The position numbers were made by a program, and so were the translations under genes. A DNA stretch of 64,000 bases from Alphaproteobacteria bacterium (GTDB taxonomy: Bacteria > Pseudomonadota > Alphaproteobacteria > Bin95). The stretch is taken from positions 1-64,000 of the forward strand of contig CBDBGH010000003.1 in assembly GCA_965205265.1 (NCBI GenBank), written 5' to 3'. The notes under the pieces were generated by a model. The model did no database searches, had not been told where the DNA came from, and saw nothing but the letters and a program-made list of their open reading frames with translations. Below, piece by piece: positions 29,126 to 39,278 of this stretch (positions within the stretch are counted from its first letter, which is position 1; each line of letters opens with the position of its first letter).

Positions 29126-30011
29126 GCCAGCCGTGCAGCATCTGCATCCATGGGATCGCCGCCTGCGGGCCGAGGGGCTGCGAAGCTGCCCCCTCGAAGA
29201 CGTGGTCCACGCCCTCGGCTATCGCCGCGATCCCGCCGATGCCGCGCGCTGGAGACGAGCCGGTTCGGTCCTCTCCATCAACCGCTTCATGTTCTACGAC
29301 CATCTGCGCGGAGAGGGAGGCGCCGGGGCCATCCAGCTGGCGGTTCATGCGCTCGGATGCCCAACGACCGAAGCCCTCGACTTCCTCGCCCAACTGCCGC
29401 GCCACTCACGGCTCCCGAACAGTCGCTGTGAGGCGGAGCCCTCGTGCCAGGACCCTCGCTGGCCGGCGCTGCGGCAATACCTCATCGAGCAGCGCGGCCT
29501 CGCCGACGCGCTCGTCGAGCTATGCCGAGGCCTCGGCCTGATCCGTGCCGACCGGCGCGGCAATCCCGTGTTCCTCCGCCGAAACGCCGCCAGCAAGGTG
29601 GTCGGCATAGAGACCCTCCCCGCAGCGCAGGAGCCGGCCGCAGACGGCGGCTTCTGGATGTCATGGGAGCCCGACTGGCCCGGCACCGTCATCCTCACCG
29701 GCAGCGCCCTCGACGCCCTGTCGATCCTCTCCCTCCACCTCGTCCCGGAAAAACGCAGCAAATGCGCCGTCGTCTCCACCGGCGCCATCACGGCCAGAAT
29801 CCCCAAATGGGTCGAGGCCTGGAACCCGCGCCGTATCTTCTGTGCCTGGGACGCTACACGATACGGCGATCACGCCGCCCGCCGCATGCAAGACAACGAC
29901 ACAAGAATCGTCCGAATGCGACCGGCCCTCGAAAACCAGGACTGGAACGACATGCTCATCCGTGACCGCGACGGCGAGCCGCTCGAAACCGATGACCGCC
30001 CAATCAGATGA
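29118..30011 (+). CDS. DUF3991/Toprim primase-like protein with degenerate acidic motifs
   Basis: [50 protein letters not shown]; start overlaps the istB stop. Confidence 0.7.
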   Translation: MPEPAVQHLHPWDRRLRAEGLRSCPLEDVVHALGYRRDPADAARWRRAGSVLSINRFMFYDHLRGEGGAGAIQLAVHALGCPTTEALDFLAQLPRHSRLPNSRCEAEPSCQDPRWPALRQYLIEQRGLADALVELCRGLGLIRADRRGNPVFLRRNAASKVVGIETLPAAQEPAADGGFWMSWEPDWPGTVILTGSALDALSILSLHLVPEKRSKCAVVSTGAITARIPKWVEAWNPRRIFCAWDATRYGDHAARRMQDNDTRIVRMRPALENQDWNDMLIRDRDGEPLETDDRPIR

Positions 30012-30105
30012 ACGCAACACCTAACCCATGCGACGCTGCTCGCAAGCCGCACAAACCGGCCGTTCCGCGCCAGCAAATAAACGCCCTTCCTAACCGTCGC
30101 TAACA

Positions 30106-30335
30106 TCCGACTCTGGAGCAAGATTGAGCTGACCGAAGAGGAGACGGAGCTTGCGGACCGCTACCGATTCCATGACGCGATCCTCATTGTCACCGAGCAG
30201 GAACAGCTGTTGCGGCAGACGGTGAACGTCGGGATAACAGCGGGGTTAGTCGTCGGCGTCCTCTTCTACCTCTGGCTCGGCCTTCTCGCTGCCGGTGTCA
30301 TGGCGCTCTTCGCCGGCGCGGGAACGGGCTACCTG
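30106..30335 (+). pseudogene. Internal fragment of a two-TM membrane protein
   Basis: Open frame RLWSKIELTEEETELADRYRFHDAILIV...GLVVGVLFYLWLGLLAAGVMALF, cut by IS21 on the left and IS3 on the right. Confidence 0.55.
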
Positions 30336-31598
30336 TGACCTGCCCCCATGGAATTGGTCCACCCCGAGGTTATGGAATGAGGAGGACCGCTCATGGCAAG
30401 GAAGCGTTACAAGCCTGAGGAGATTGTGAGCCTGCTGCGGCAGGCGGAGGTTCTGCACGGCCAGGGCCTGTCGATGGCGGACGCGATCCGTCAGCTCGGG
30501 ATCAGCGAGGTTACGTTCTATCGATGGCGCAAGGAGTATGCCGGGATGAGCGGCGATCAACTCCGCCGTTTGAAGGAGCTTGAGAAGGAGAACGAGCGGC
30601 TGCGCCGTGCGGTCTCCGATCTGGCGCTGGACAAGCAGATTCTCAAGGAAGCCGCGGGGGGAAACTTCTAAGCCCCTCGCGCCGGCGCCAGTGCATCGAT
30701 CATGTCTGCGACCGGCTCGGGGTCTCGGAACGCCGCGCTTGCCGGGTGCTGGGGCAGCATCGCTCGACCCAGCGCCGCATCCCGCGCGGCCACGACGACG
30801 AGGACCGCCTGGTCGCGGCCATGATCGCGCTGGCTCGCCAGTATGGCCGTTACGGCTACCGGCGGATAGCCGCCCTGCTGCGCGCCGCCGGCTGGCAGGT
30901 CAACGACAAGCGGGTCGAGCGCCTGTGGCGGCGCGAGGGGCTGAAGGTGCCCGCCAAACAACCGAAGCGGGGCCGTCTGTGGCTGAACGACGGCTCCTGC
31001 ATCCGGCTGCGCGCCGATCGGGCGGACCATGTCTGGTCCTACGACTTCGTGCATCACCGGACGTATGACGGCAGGGCCTTCCGCATGCTCAATGTCCTGG
31101 ACGAGTTCACCCGCGAGAGCCTGGCCATCCGTGTCCGGCGCAAGCTCTCCTCGATCGACGTCATCGACGTGCTGACCGACCTGTTCATCCTGCGCGGCAT
31201 CCCGACCTGGATACGCTCCGACAACGGCCCGGAGTTTGTCGCCGAGGCCGTGCGCCGGTGGATTGCTGCGGTCGGGGCCCGCACGGCCTTCATCGAGCCG
31301 GGATCGCCCTGGGAGAACGGCTACATCGAGAGCTTCAACGCCAGGCTCCGCGACGAGATCCTGAACGGAGAGGTCTTCTACACCCTGAAGGAAGCCCAGG
31401 TTCTCATCGAATCCTGGCGGTGCCATTACAACGTGATCCGCCCACATGGCAGTCTGGGATACCGGCCGCCGGCTCCAGAGACGATCATCATGTCAAGCTG
31501 GCCGCCCGGCTCCGCTACGCTCCGCCGGGCGGCCAGCTTGACAGCGAAATCAGCAACGCACTAACGTCGAAACTGGACCAGTCGATGGGGGCAGGTCA
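30336..31598 (+). mobile_element. IS3-family element (IS407-like), copy 1, 1263 bp
   Basis: TGACCTGCCCCCAT terminal IRs; orfA 30393-30671, GGGGGGAAAC slippery site 30656-30665, DDE orfB to 31564; no target-site duplication (TSD). Confidence 0.95.
30393..31564 (+). CDS. IS3 transposase OrfA/OrfAB (programmed -1 frameshift)
   Basis: HTH orfA; orfB with YGYRR, WSYDF, SDNGPEF, PWENGYIESFN. Confidence 0.9.
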
Positions 31599-33431
31599 GC
31601 ATCACCGCCTCGGTTGCCCTTGCGGTCGCGGAGAGACCCGACCTCTCGTTCCTGAACCAGTCAAGATTGCTTGCGCGATCCGGCGCCGAACTCCGGTATC
31701 CGGTGCGGATCGCTGATCCAGCAGGAGGTGAGAGCAAACGGAAGGACCTCATCCCGGATGCCCTGTTCGGTCTTGCCTACCGGAGCGAAGAGGGTACCCG
31801 GTACCGCTGCTTTCTGGTGGAGGCAGACCGGTCAACCGAACCGGCAGTCTCCGGGAACTTCAACCGGAAGTCCTGGGAGCGCAGCTTCCGGCAGTACGAG
31901 GCGTACATCGGCAGCGGCCTCTACCGCGAGCACCTTGCCCTGAGGGCCCCGCTGCTTCTGCTTACCGTCGTCACCGACACCCGGCGGCTGATGCAGCTGC
32001 TGCACCTTGTCGAAGACCTTGACCTCTCCATTCGACCGCAAGTGCTCCTGCAGCCCTGGGGGGCGTTCAGCACCCCTGACCTGCCCCCATCGACTGGTCC
32101 AGTTTCGACGTTAGTGCGTTGCTGATTTCGCTGTCAAGCTGGCCGCCCGGCGGAGCGTAGCGGAGCCGGGCGGCCAGCTTGACATGATGATCGTCTCTGG
32201 AGCCGGCGGCCGGTATCCCAGACTGCCATGTGGGCGGATCACGTTGTAATGGCACCGCCAGGATTCGATGAGAACCTGGGCTTCCTTCAGGGTGTAGAAG
32301 ACCTCTCCGTTCAGGATCTCGTCGCGGAGCCTGGCGTTGAAGCTCTCGATGTAGCCGTTCTCCCAGGGCGATCCCGGCTCGATGAAGGCCGTGCGGGCCC
32401 CGACCGCAGCAATCCACCGGCGCACGGCCTCGGCGACAAACTCCGGGCCGTTGTCGGAGCGTATCCAGGTCGGGATGCCGCGCAGGATGAACAGGTCGGT
32501 CAGCACGTCGATGACGTCGATCGAGGAGAGCTTGCGCCGGACACGGATGGCCAGGCTCTCGCGGGTGAACTCGTCCAGGACATTGAGCATGCGGAAGGCC
32601 CTGCCGTCATACGTCCGGTGATGCACGAAGTCGTAGGACCAGACATGGTCCGCCCGATCGGCGCGCAGCCGGATGCAGGAGCCGTCGTTCAGCCACAGAC
32701 GGCCCCGCTTCGGTTGTTTGGCGGGCACCTTCAGCCCCTCGCGCCGCCACAGGCGCTCGACCCGCTTGTCGTTGACCTGCCAGCCGGCGGCGCGCAGCAG
32801 GGCGGCTATCCGCCGGTAGCCGTAACGGCCATACTGGCGAGCCAGCGCGATCATGGCCGCGACCAGACGGTCCTCGTCGTCGTGGCCGCGCGGGATGCGG
32901 CGCTGGGTCGAGCGATGCTGCCCCAGCACCCGGCAAGCGCGGCGTTCCGAGACCCCGAGCCGGTCGCAGACATGATCGATGCACTGGCGCCGGCGCGAGG
33001 GGCTTAGAAGTTTCCCCCCGCGGCTTCCTTGAGAATCTGCTTGTCCAGCGCCAGATCGGAGACCGCACGGCGCAGCCGCTCGTTCTCCTTCTCAAGCTCC
33101 TTCAAACGGCGGAGTTGATCGCCGCTCATCCCGGCATACTCCTTGCGCCATCGATAGAACGTAACCTCGCTGATCCCGAGCTGACGGATCGCGTCCGCCA
33201 TCGACAGGCCCTGGCCGTGCAGAACCTCCGCCTGCCGCAGCAGGCTCACAATCTCCTCAGGCTTGTAACGCTTCCTTGCCATGAGCGGTCCTCCTCATTC
33301 CATAACCTCGGGGTGGACCAATTCCATGGGGGCAGGTCACCCCCTTCTCTCCGCCCACGCCGAACCCTGCGCTGCTTGGCGCTCCCTGGCTGCGTGCCGG
33401 GTTGCCCGCGTTCAGGATTGATGGGGTGTAG
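31599..33431 (+). pseudogene. Replication-relaxation (Replic_Relax) family gene, 5'-deleted and interrupted by IS3 copy 2
   Basis: LIPDALFGL.Y...FLVEADRSTEP motif; the frame resumes after the IS (PFSPPTPNPALLGAPWLRAG...*) if a 4-bp CCCC duplication is removed. Confidence 0.75.
32077..33339 (-). mobile_element. IS3-family element copy 2, 1263 bp, inverted
   Basis: Same IRs and ORFs (33004-33282, 32111-32929); CCCC TSD; at least one SNP versus copies 1 and 3. Confidence 0.95.
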
Positions 33432-33614
33432 CAGCGGGGTTGCCGGCGTGCGCTGGCGCATGCAGTCTGTACGCGCGGCGGTTCCGTGTATCTGGATAGG
33501 TAAGATGGGTCGCTCCCTGCACTGTAGAGCCGGGTCGCACCCGGTCGGCCAATGAGCGGGGCCGTCGCACGTGTTCGGGAGATACTGGTATTCTCTGATT
33601 TCAGGAACATACCC

Positions 33615-34117
33615 ATGGAAGCAATTGTTCAGCACTCAGTAGATCGTGCCACTGACGAAGCCATACGGCTCTGGTCGATGGCCAATGCTCAGTATCCCTC
33701 CACATGGGAGCCGGATATTCGTGTCCGGCTTGCACATATGATTATTGAGCGTGCGAGCATATTCGCGCTCAACGCCCGCCGTGCCATGGAGGGTTTATCT
33801 GACAAACGGCAATTCAAACTCAATCAATCGTGGTACGACTGGAAGCCGATAGCCAAGGGCGATATTGTGGAGGATTTTGTTGAGGCTTTGAATCGTATAA
33901 TCCACGCGAGGGTGTTGAAGGTTGGTTATGAGAATGTTAGGGCAACAGCACCATCTTGGGCGGTGCGTTAGTAATCCCCTGCCTGCAAGCCGAGACTGAC
34001 AGACAAACAGTGGCGTTCATTGACATATTCTCACTTGCTCATTGTTTTCTGTACCACGTGCTCCCGAAACTGTTTTCTCCACAGGCACACGCGCTCACGA
34101 TTCTGCCTGTTCGATAA
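33615..34117 (+). pseudogene. Low-GC hypothetical gene, probably frameshifted near 33940-33960
   Basis: ORF stops at 33971, but another frame continues with protein-like sequence (GGALVIPCLQAETDRQTVAFIDIFSLAHCFL) to TAA at 34117. Confidence 0.5.
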
Positions 34118-34141
34118 TTCAACATATATCTGGAACTGTAC

Positions 34142-34729
34142 TCACGAACCGGCGTCCACCCACAAATCCCCGAGACTGAACGCTACGGCATCAAACGGCG
34201 GAAGCGACACGGACGCGTTGCCGGTCAGGGTTTCAAGCAGCACCCAGCGGTCATCGCTCAGCTGGAAGACTTCAAGCGTCCGGGCATCGGGATCAACGAA
34301 CCAGAGGTGGCCGACGCCTTCTCTGGCATAGATGGTCCGTTTCTGCCCCTGGTCGAGCGCCCGAGTTGACGGGGAGAGCACCTCGCAGACCCAATCGGGT
34401 GCCAGGGAGAAGTAAGCGGTTCCCGGGAATACCGGCATCCGTTCCCTGCGCCAGCCGGCAAGATCGGGAACGACAATGTCGTCGCCAAGGTGCAGCTCGG
34501 GTTCATCGATGATCCACCAGCCGCCCGGTCCTCCCCGGCCGTAATCGAAGGGCGGCGCGATGCTTGCCCCGAGTCCGGAGCTCGCCCGCGCATGCCTCGG
34601 TGCCGGTCTGGGGCTCGTATGCAGGATGCCTTCAACGACCTCGGCGACCTTGTGCCGTGGCGCCCGGAGCACGTCCTCGTACGTTGCCCGTCTCGGTCGT
34701 GCTTTTGTCTGTACGCGCAGTGCTGTCAC
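34142..34729 (-). CDS. Uma2 family PD-(D/E)xK endonuclease
   Basis: ATYEDVL, EPELHL, VPDLAGWR, APDWVCEVLSPST, YAREGV.HLW.VDP; GTG start. Confidence 0.9.
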   Translation of the reverse strand: MTALRVQTKARPRRATYEDVLRAPRHKVAEVVEGILHTSPRPAPRHARASSGLGASIAPPFDYGRGGPGGWWIIDEPELHLGDDIVVPDLAGWRRERMPVFPGTAYFSLAPDWVCEVLSPSTRALDQGQKRTIYAREGVGHLWFVDPDARTLEVFQLSDDRWVLLETLTGNASVSLPPFDAVAFSLGDLWVDAGS

Positions 34730-34946
34730 TCCCTTGTCTCTCACGGTTAGGTATGCCAGCCTTATCGTGCAGTCAATCGCAGGTCTCCCGCTCTGTCGGG
34801 TCGCCTGCCGAATACAAGAGCCATGACCTGACAGCGGGGTCGCTCCCCGTTGTGCGGCGAATAGGTGGGGCATCTACGTACCTGTGGATTGACTGCAACG
34901 ACCCGGCACCAGCCGGCGTGTGTCCGTTGCCTATGGAGCAGATCGC

Positions 34947-36548
34947 ATGCAGTCGATCAAAACGACCCTTCCTCTCTTCCTTGTCCTGTCCCTTGCCGCC
35001 TGCGGTGGTGGGGGAGGCGGTCCGAAGGCCGCCAATGATATGCCGGACATGCCCGGTGACCTGCCCCCATGGAATTGGTCCACCCCGAGGTTATGGAATG
35101 AGGAGGACCGCTCATGGCAAGGAAGCGTTACAAGCCTGAGGAGATTGTGAGCCTGCTGCGGCAGGCGGAGGTTCTGCACGGCCAGGGCCTGTCGATGGCG
35201 GACGCGATCCGTCAGCTCGGGATCAGCGAGGTTACGTTCTATCGATGGCGCAAGGAGTATGCCGGGATGAGCGGCGATCAACTCCGCCGTTTGAAGGAGC
35301 TTGAGAAGGAGAACGAGCGGCTGCGCCGTGCGGTCTCCGATCTGGCGCTGGACAAGCAGATTCTCAAGGAAGCCGCGGGGGGAAACTTCTAAGCCCCTCG
35401 CGCCGGCGCCAGTGCATCGATCATGTCTGCGACCGGCTCGGGGTCTCGGAACGCCGCGCTTGCCGGGTGCTGGGGCAGCATCGCTCGACCCAGCGCCGCA
35501 TCCCGCGCGGCCACGACGACGAGGACCGCCTGGTCGCGGCCATGATCGCGCTGGCTCGCCAGTATGGCCGTTACGGCTACCGGCGGATAGCCGCCCTGCT
35601 GCGCGCCGCCGGCTGGCAGGTCAACGACAAGCGGGTCGAGCGCCTGTGGCGGCGCGAGGGGCTGAAGGTGCCCGCCAAACAACCGAAGCGGGGCCGTCTG
35701 TGGCTGAACGACGGCTCCTGCATCCGGCTGCGCGCCGATCGGGCGGACCATGTCTGGTCCTACGACTTCGTGCATCACCGGACGTATGACGGCAGGGCCT
35801 TCCGCATGCTCAATGTCCTGGACGAGTTCACCCGCGAGAGCCTGGCCATCCGTGTCCGGCGCAAGCTCTCCTCGATCGACGTCATCGACGTGCTGACCGA
35901 CCTGTTCATCCTGCGCGGCATCCCGACCTGGATACGCTCCGACAACGGCCCGGAGTTTGTCGCCGAGGCCGTGCGCCGGTGGATTGCTGCGGTCGGGGCC
36001 CGCACGGCCTTCATCGAGCCGGGATCGCCCTGGGAGAACGGCTACATCGAGAGCTTCAACGCCAGGCTCCGCGACGAGATCCTGAACGGAGAGGTCTTCT
36101 ACACCCTGAAGGAAGCCCAGGTTCTCATCGAATCCTGGCGGTGCCATTACAACGTGATCCGCCCACATGGCAGTCTGGGATACCGGCCGCCGGCTCCAGA
36201 GACGATCATCATGTCAAGCTGGCCGCCCGGCTCCGCTACGCTCCGCCGGGCGGCCAGCTTGACAGCGAAATCAGCAACGCACTAACGTCGAAACTGGACC
36301 AGTCGATGGGGGCAGGTCACGACTTCTCCTCGGGCGCGGATGTCGTGACCGCCACGTTCGTACCCGGTGCTGATCCGCCGTACGGCTTTACCCCGAATCT
36401 CGTCACCACCGCCACCGGCTCCTGGCAGGGCTCGTTCCGGGGAACGGAAACTGACGGATCACCGTCCGGTGTCACCGGCACGTTCAGTGCGGACGCCGGA
36501 TCAGCGGGTGTTGCCATTGCCGGCTCCTTCGGGGCGAGTAAGCGCTAA
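34947..36548 (+). pseudogene. Surface lipoprotein (TbpB-like C-terminal barrel), middle replaced by IS3 copy 3
   Basis: Lipobox LAACGGGGGG left of the IS; GSWQGSF...GVTGTFSA...IAGSFGASKR* right of the IS; flanks do not match. Confidence 0.65.
35057..36319 (+). mobile_element. IS3-family element copy 3, 1263 bp
   Basis: Same IRs and ORFs (35114-35392, 35467-36285); no TSD (CCGG / CGAC). Confidence 0.95.
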
Positions 36549-36594
36549 TGGGTACCGAAGCGAGGAGAACTCTCACCATGACCCGGTCAGTGGC

Positions 36595-37338
36595 ATGTTC
36601 ATACTCATCATACTCGCCGCCTGGCGCACCGGGAGCCTGAGCCGAGGCCACTTCGCTTGGGGCCCGTTGGGGCGGGCGACCGTAGGGGCGCTGCCCGGCC
36701 TCGCCATGCCGGTGCTGGTGCTGGGCGGCCTCTATGGCGGGCTGTTCACGCCGACCGAAGCGGCCGCGGCCGCTTGCGGCTACGCCCTGCTCTACGGCCT
36801 TGTCACGGGCCGCGGCGAGTTCCTGCGGAACCTGCTGCCGACGGCGGCGCGGGCCATGAACCTGAGCGCCGTGGTGTTCTTCCTGGTCGGGAGCGTCGGC
36901 ATCTTCCAGTTCGTCGCCGCCAACCAGGCATGGCCGCAGCAGCTCGCGCAATTGGTCATCGAGATGCAGCTGGAGCCGCTCCCGTTCCTGTTCGGCTACA
37001 TGGCGCTGTTGCTGATGCTCGGCACCTTCCTCGACGGCATCGCCATGATCCTGCTGACGGTGCCTGTCGTCTTTCCCGTGGCCACGGCGCTCGGCATCGA
37101 CCCGATCCATCTGGGCATCGTGGTCACCATGGGCGTGGAGCTGAGCGTCATCACGCCGCCGGTGGGTTTCAATCTCTACGCGGTCAGCGGCATCGCCCAG
37201 ATTCCCATCCAGACCGTGCTGCGCGGCGCGATGATCTTCTTCGTGTCCGATTTCATCGTGACGCTCATCATCATCCTGGTGCCGGAGCTCTCCACCTGGC
37301 TGCCCAGGGTGCTTGGCGGCGCCTCGCCGTTCGGGTAG
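36595..37338 (+). pseudogene. dctM: TRAP transporter large permease DctM, C-terminal half only
   Basis: GGLYGGLFTPTEAAA, GIDPIHLG, ITPPVGFNL; about 247 aa, with no N-terminal half and no dctP/dctQ nearby. Confidence 0.8.
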
Positions 37339-37356
37339 GGGCGCGCCCCGCGCCCG

Positions 37357-38181
37357 TCACGCGCGGTCGAAAGAGACGGTCTCGATTTCCTTCGTGTCGA
37401 TGCGCGCGATGGTCAGGCGTCCGGGTTCGGGGCGGTCGTAGTGGATGCCGGTGTCGATCCCGAGCACGTTTCCGCGCCAGAGGGGCGCATGGAGCGAGGT
37501 GTGGCCGGTGAGCACGGCGCGAACGCCTTCCACGGCGCCCTGCCATTCATCGCCGCTCTCGCCGATATAGGGGTCCGTGCGGCCGTAATAGATACGGCTC
37601 CAGAGCGCCCGCGCACGGGCGGTGTGGCCGGCCGGCCCCGCGTCTTCGAGCCCGTCCTCCAACTCCCGCCAGGACCGGAATACGGGGCAGGCGTGGACGA
37701 GGCCGACCGGGCCGAACGGGGTCTCGACCCGCGCGGAGAAGGGCAGGGCCTTCAGCAGGTCCATCCAGGCGCGCGCGCTGTCCTCCGGGCCTCGCTCATG
37801 CCACCAGCCGCCGCCGTTCATCCGCCAGAGGCCCCAGGCGCCGCCCGCCCGCCGCAGCCCGCCGAGCGGCGGCAGGGGCGAGGAGGCGAGCGCCTCCAGC
37901 ATCATCTGCTCGTGGTTCCCGCGGAGCACGAGGTCGAAGCGGGCGGACGGGTCCCGGCCGGCGATCCATGTCCGGGCCTCGAAGGAGTCCGGTCCGCGGT
38001 CGATCAGGTCGCCGAGCGAAAACAGCCGGTCGCCCTCGCCGAATTGCAGTTCGGCCAGCGCCCGGCGCAGGGTGGCGAAATGGCCGTGGACATCGCCGAC
38101 GACAAGATCGCGGCCGTTGCGGTTCGGCCCGAGGCTCACGCTGAGCGCCAGGCCGGGCGGAGAGAAGCTGTCGAGTCTCAC
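37357..38181 (-). CDS. Calcineurin-like metallophosphoesterase (PphA/PphB-like Ser/Thr phosphatase)
   Basis: GDVHG, GDLIDRGPDS, RGNHE, GHT, IDTG. Confidence 0.9.
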   Translation of the reverse strand: MRLDSFSPPGLALSVSLGPNRNGRDLVVGDVHGHFATLRRALAELQFGEGDRLFSLGDLIDRGPDSFEARTWIAGRDPSARFDLVLRGNHEQMMLEALASSPLPPLGGLRRAGGAWGLWRMNGGGWWHERGPEDSARAWMDLLKALPFSARVETPFGPVGLVHACPVFRSWRELEDGLEDAGPAGHTARARALWSRIYYGRTDPYIGESGDEWQGAVEGVRAVLTGHTSLHAPLWRGNVLGIDTGIHYDRPEPGRLTIARIDTKEIETVSFDRA

Positions 38182-38295
38182 GGGCCGCCGCCTTTCCTGC
38201 TGTCGGGAAAGCGGAACATAGGGCAGGTGGAGGCGCAGATTGAAGCACGCGGCGGGCGGGCGCTATGCTGGCCGGGCGCACGATGCCCGGAGACG

Positions 38296-39267
38296 ATGCC
38301 CGTGAGACCCTATTCCGCCGCCGCCGGATGGCGCGAGGAGCCGCGCTATCCCGACCCGTCGATCGAAATCCTGGACCCGCGCTTCGAGCGCTACCGCATC
38401 TTCAGCGCGGCCGTGGAGCGGCTCTGGACGGGATGCCGCTGGGCCGAGGGGCCGGTCTGGTTCGGCGACGGGCGCTGCCTGCTCTGGTCCGACATCCCGA
38501 ACAACCGCATCCTCAAATGGGAGGAGGAAACCGGGCGGGTCTCGCTCTGGCGCCGGCCGACAGACTTCGCCAACGGCCACACCCGCGACCTGCAGGGCCG
38601 GCTGGTGACCTGCGAGCATGGCGGGCGGCGCGTCACGCGCACCGAATACGACGGCAGCGTCACCGTGCTGGCCGACAACTGGCAGGGGAAGCGGCTGAAC
38701 TCGCCCAACGATGTCGTCGTCAAATCGGACGGCTCCATCTGGTTCACCGACCCGCTGTTCGGAATCCTCGGCGACTATGAGGGCCACAAGGCCGAGAGCG
38801 AGACGCCGATGGCCGTCTATCGCCTCGACGGCGCAACCGGGGAGATGCGCCTCGTCGCCGACGACATCGCCGGGCCGAACGGGCTCTGCTTCTCGCCGGA
38901 CGAGCGCCTCCTCTACATCGTCGAATCGCGGGGCGAGCCGACGCGCAAGATCCTCGCCTACGATGTCGGCGGGGACGGCGCGCTCTCCGGCCGGCGGGTG
39001 GCGATCGACGCCGGCCCCGGCGGCACGCCCGACGGCATGCGCGTCGATGTGGACGGCAATCTCTGGTGCGGCTGGGGCATGGGATCTCCGGAACTCGACG
39101 GCGTGATGGTGTTCGCCCCGGACGGCGAGCCCATCGGCCGCATCGCCCTGCCGGAGCGCTGCGCGAATGTCTGCTTCGGCGGCCGCAAGCGCAACCGGCT
39201 GTTCATGGCGGCCAGCCGGTCGCTCTACGCGCTCTACGTCAACACGCAGGGCGCGCACCACGTCTAA
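38296..39267 (+). CDS. SMP-30/gluconolactonase family protein
   Basis: WAEGPVW, WSDIPN, LNSPNDV, PNGLCFSPDE, PDGMRVD. Confidence 0.9.
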   Translation: MPVRPYSAAAGWREEPRYPDPSIEILDPRFERYRIFSAAVERLWTGCRWAEGPVWFGDGRCLLWSDIPNNRILKWEEETGRVSLWRRPTDFANGHTRDLQGRLVTCEHGGRRVTRTEYDGSVTVLADNWQGKRLNSPNDVVVKSDGSIWFTDPLFGILGDYEGHKAESETPMAVYRLDGATGEMRLVADDIAGPNGLCFSPDERLLYIVESRGEPTRKILAYDVGGDGALSGRRVAIDAGPGGTPDGMRVDVDGNLWCGWGMGSPELDGVMVFAPDGEPIGRIALPERCANVCFGGRKRNRLFMAASRSLYALYVNTQGAHHV

Positions 39268-39278
39268 CCGGCACGGCC

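Larger units (their letters stand above)
27098..30105 (+). mobile_element. IS21-family element (left end deleted) with a third, Toprim-like gene
   Basis: istA, istB and orf3 overlap each other; IS21-type right end ...CCGTCGCTAACA at 30105 abuts an interrupted host ORF. Confidence 0.8.
26500..36590. mobile_element. Decayed tRNA-Leu-integrated genomic island
   Basis: Integrase fragment right after the tRNA, IS21, three IS3 copies, Replic_Relax and lipoprotein fragments; right border approximate, no attR seen. Confidence 0.8.
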
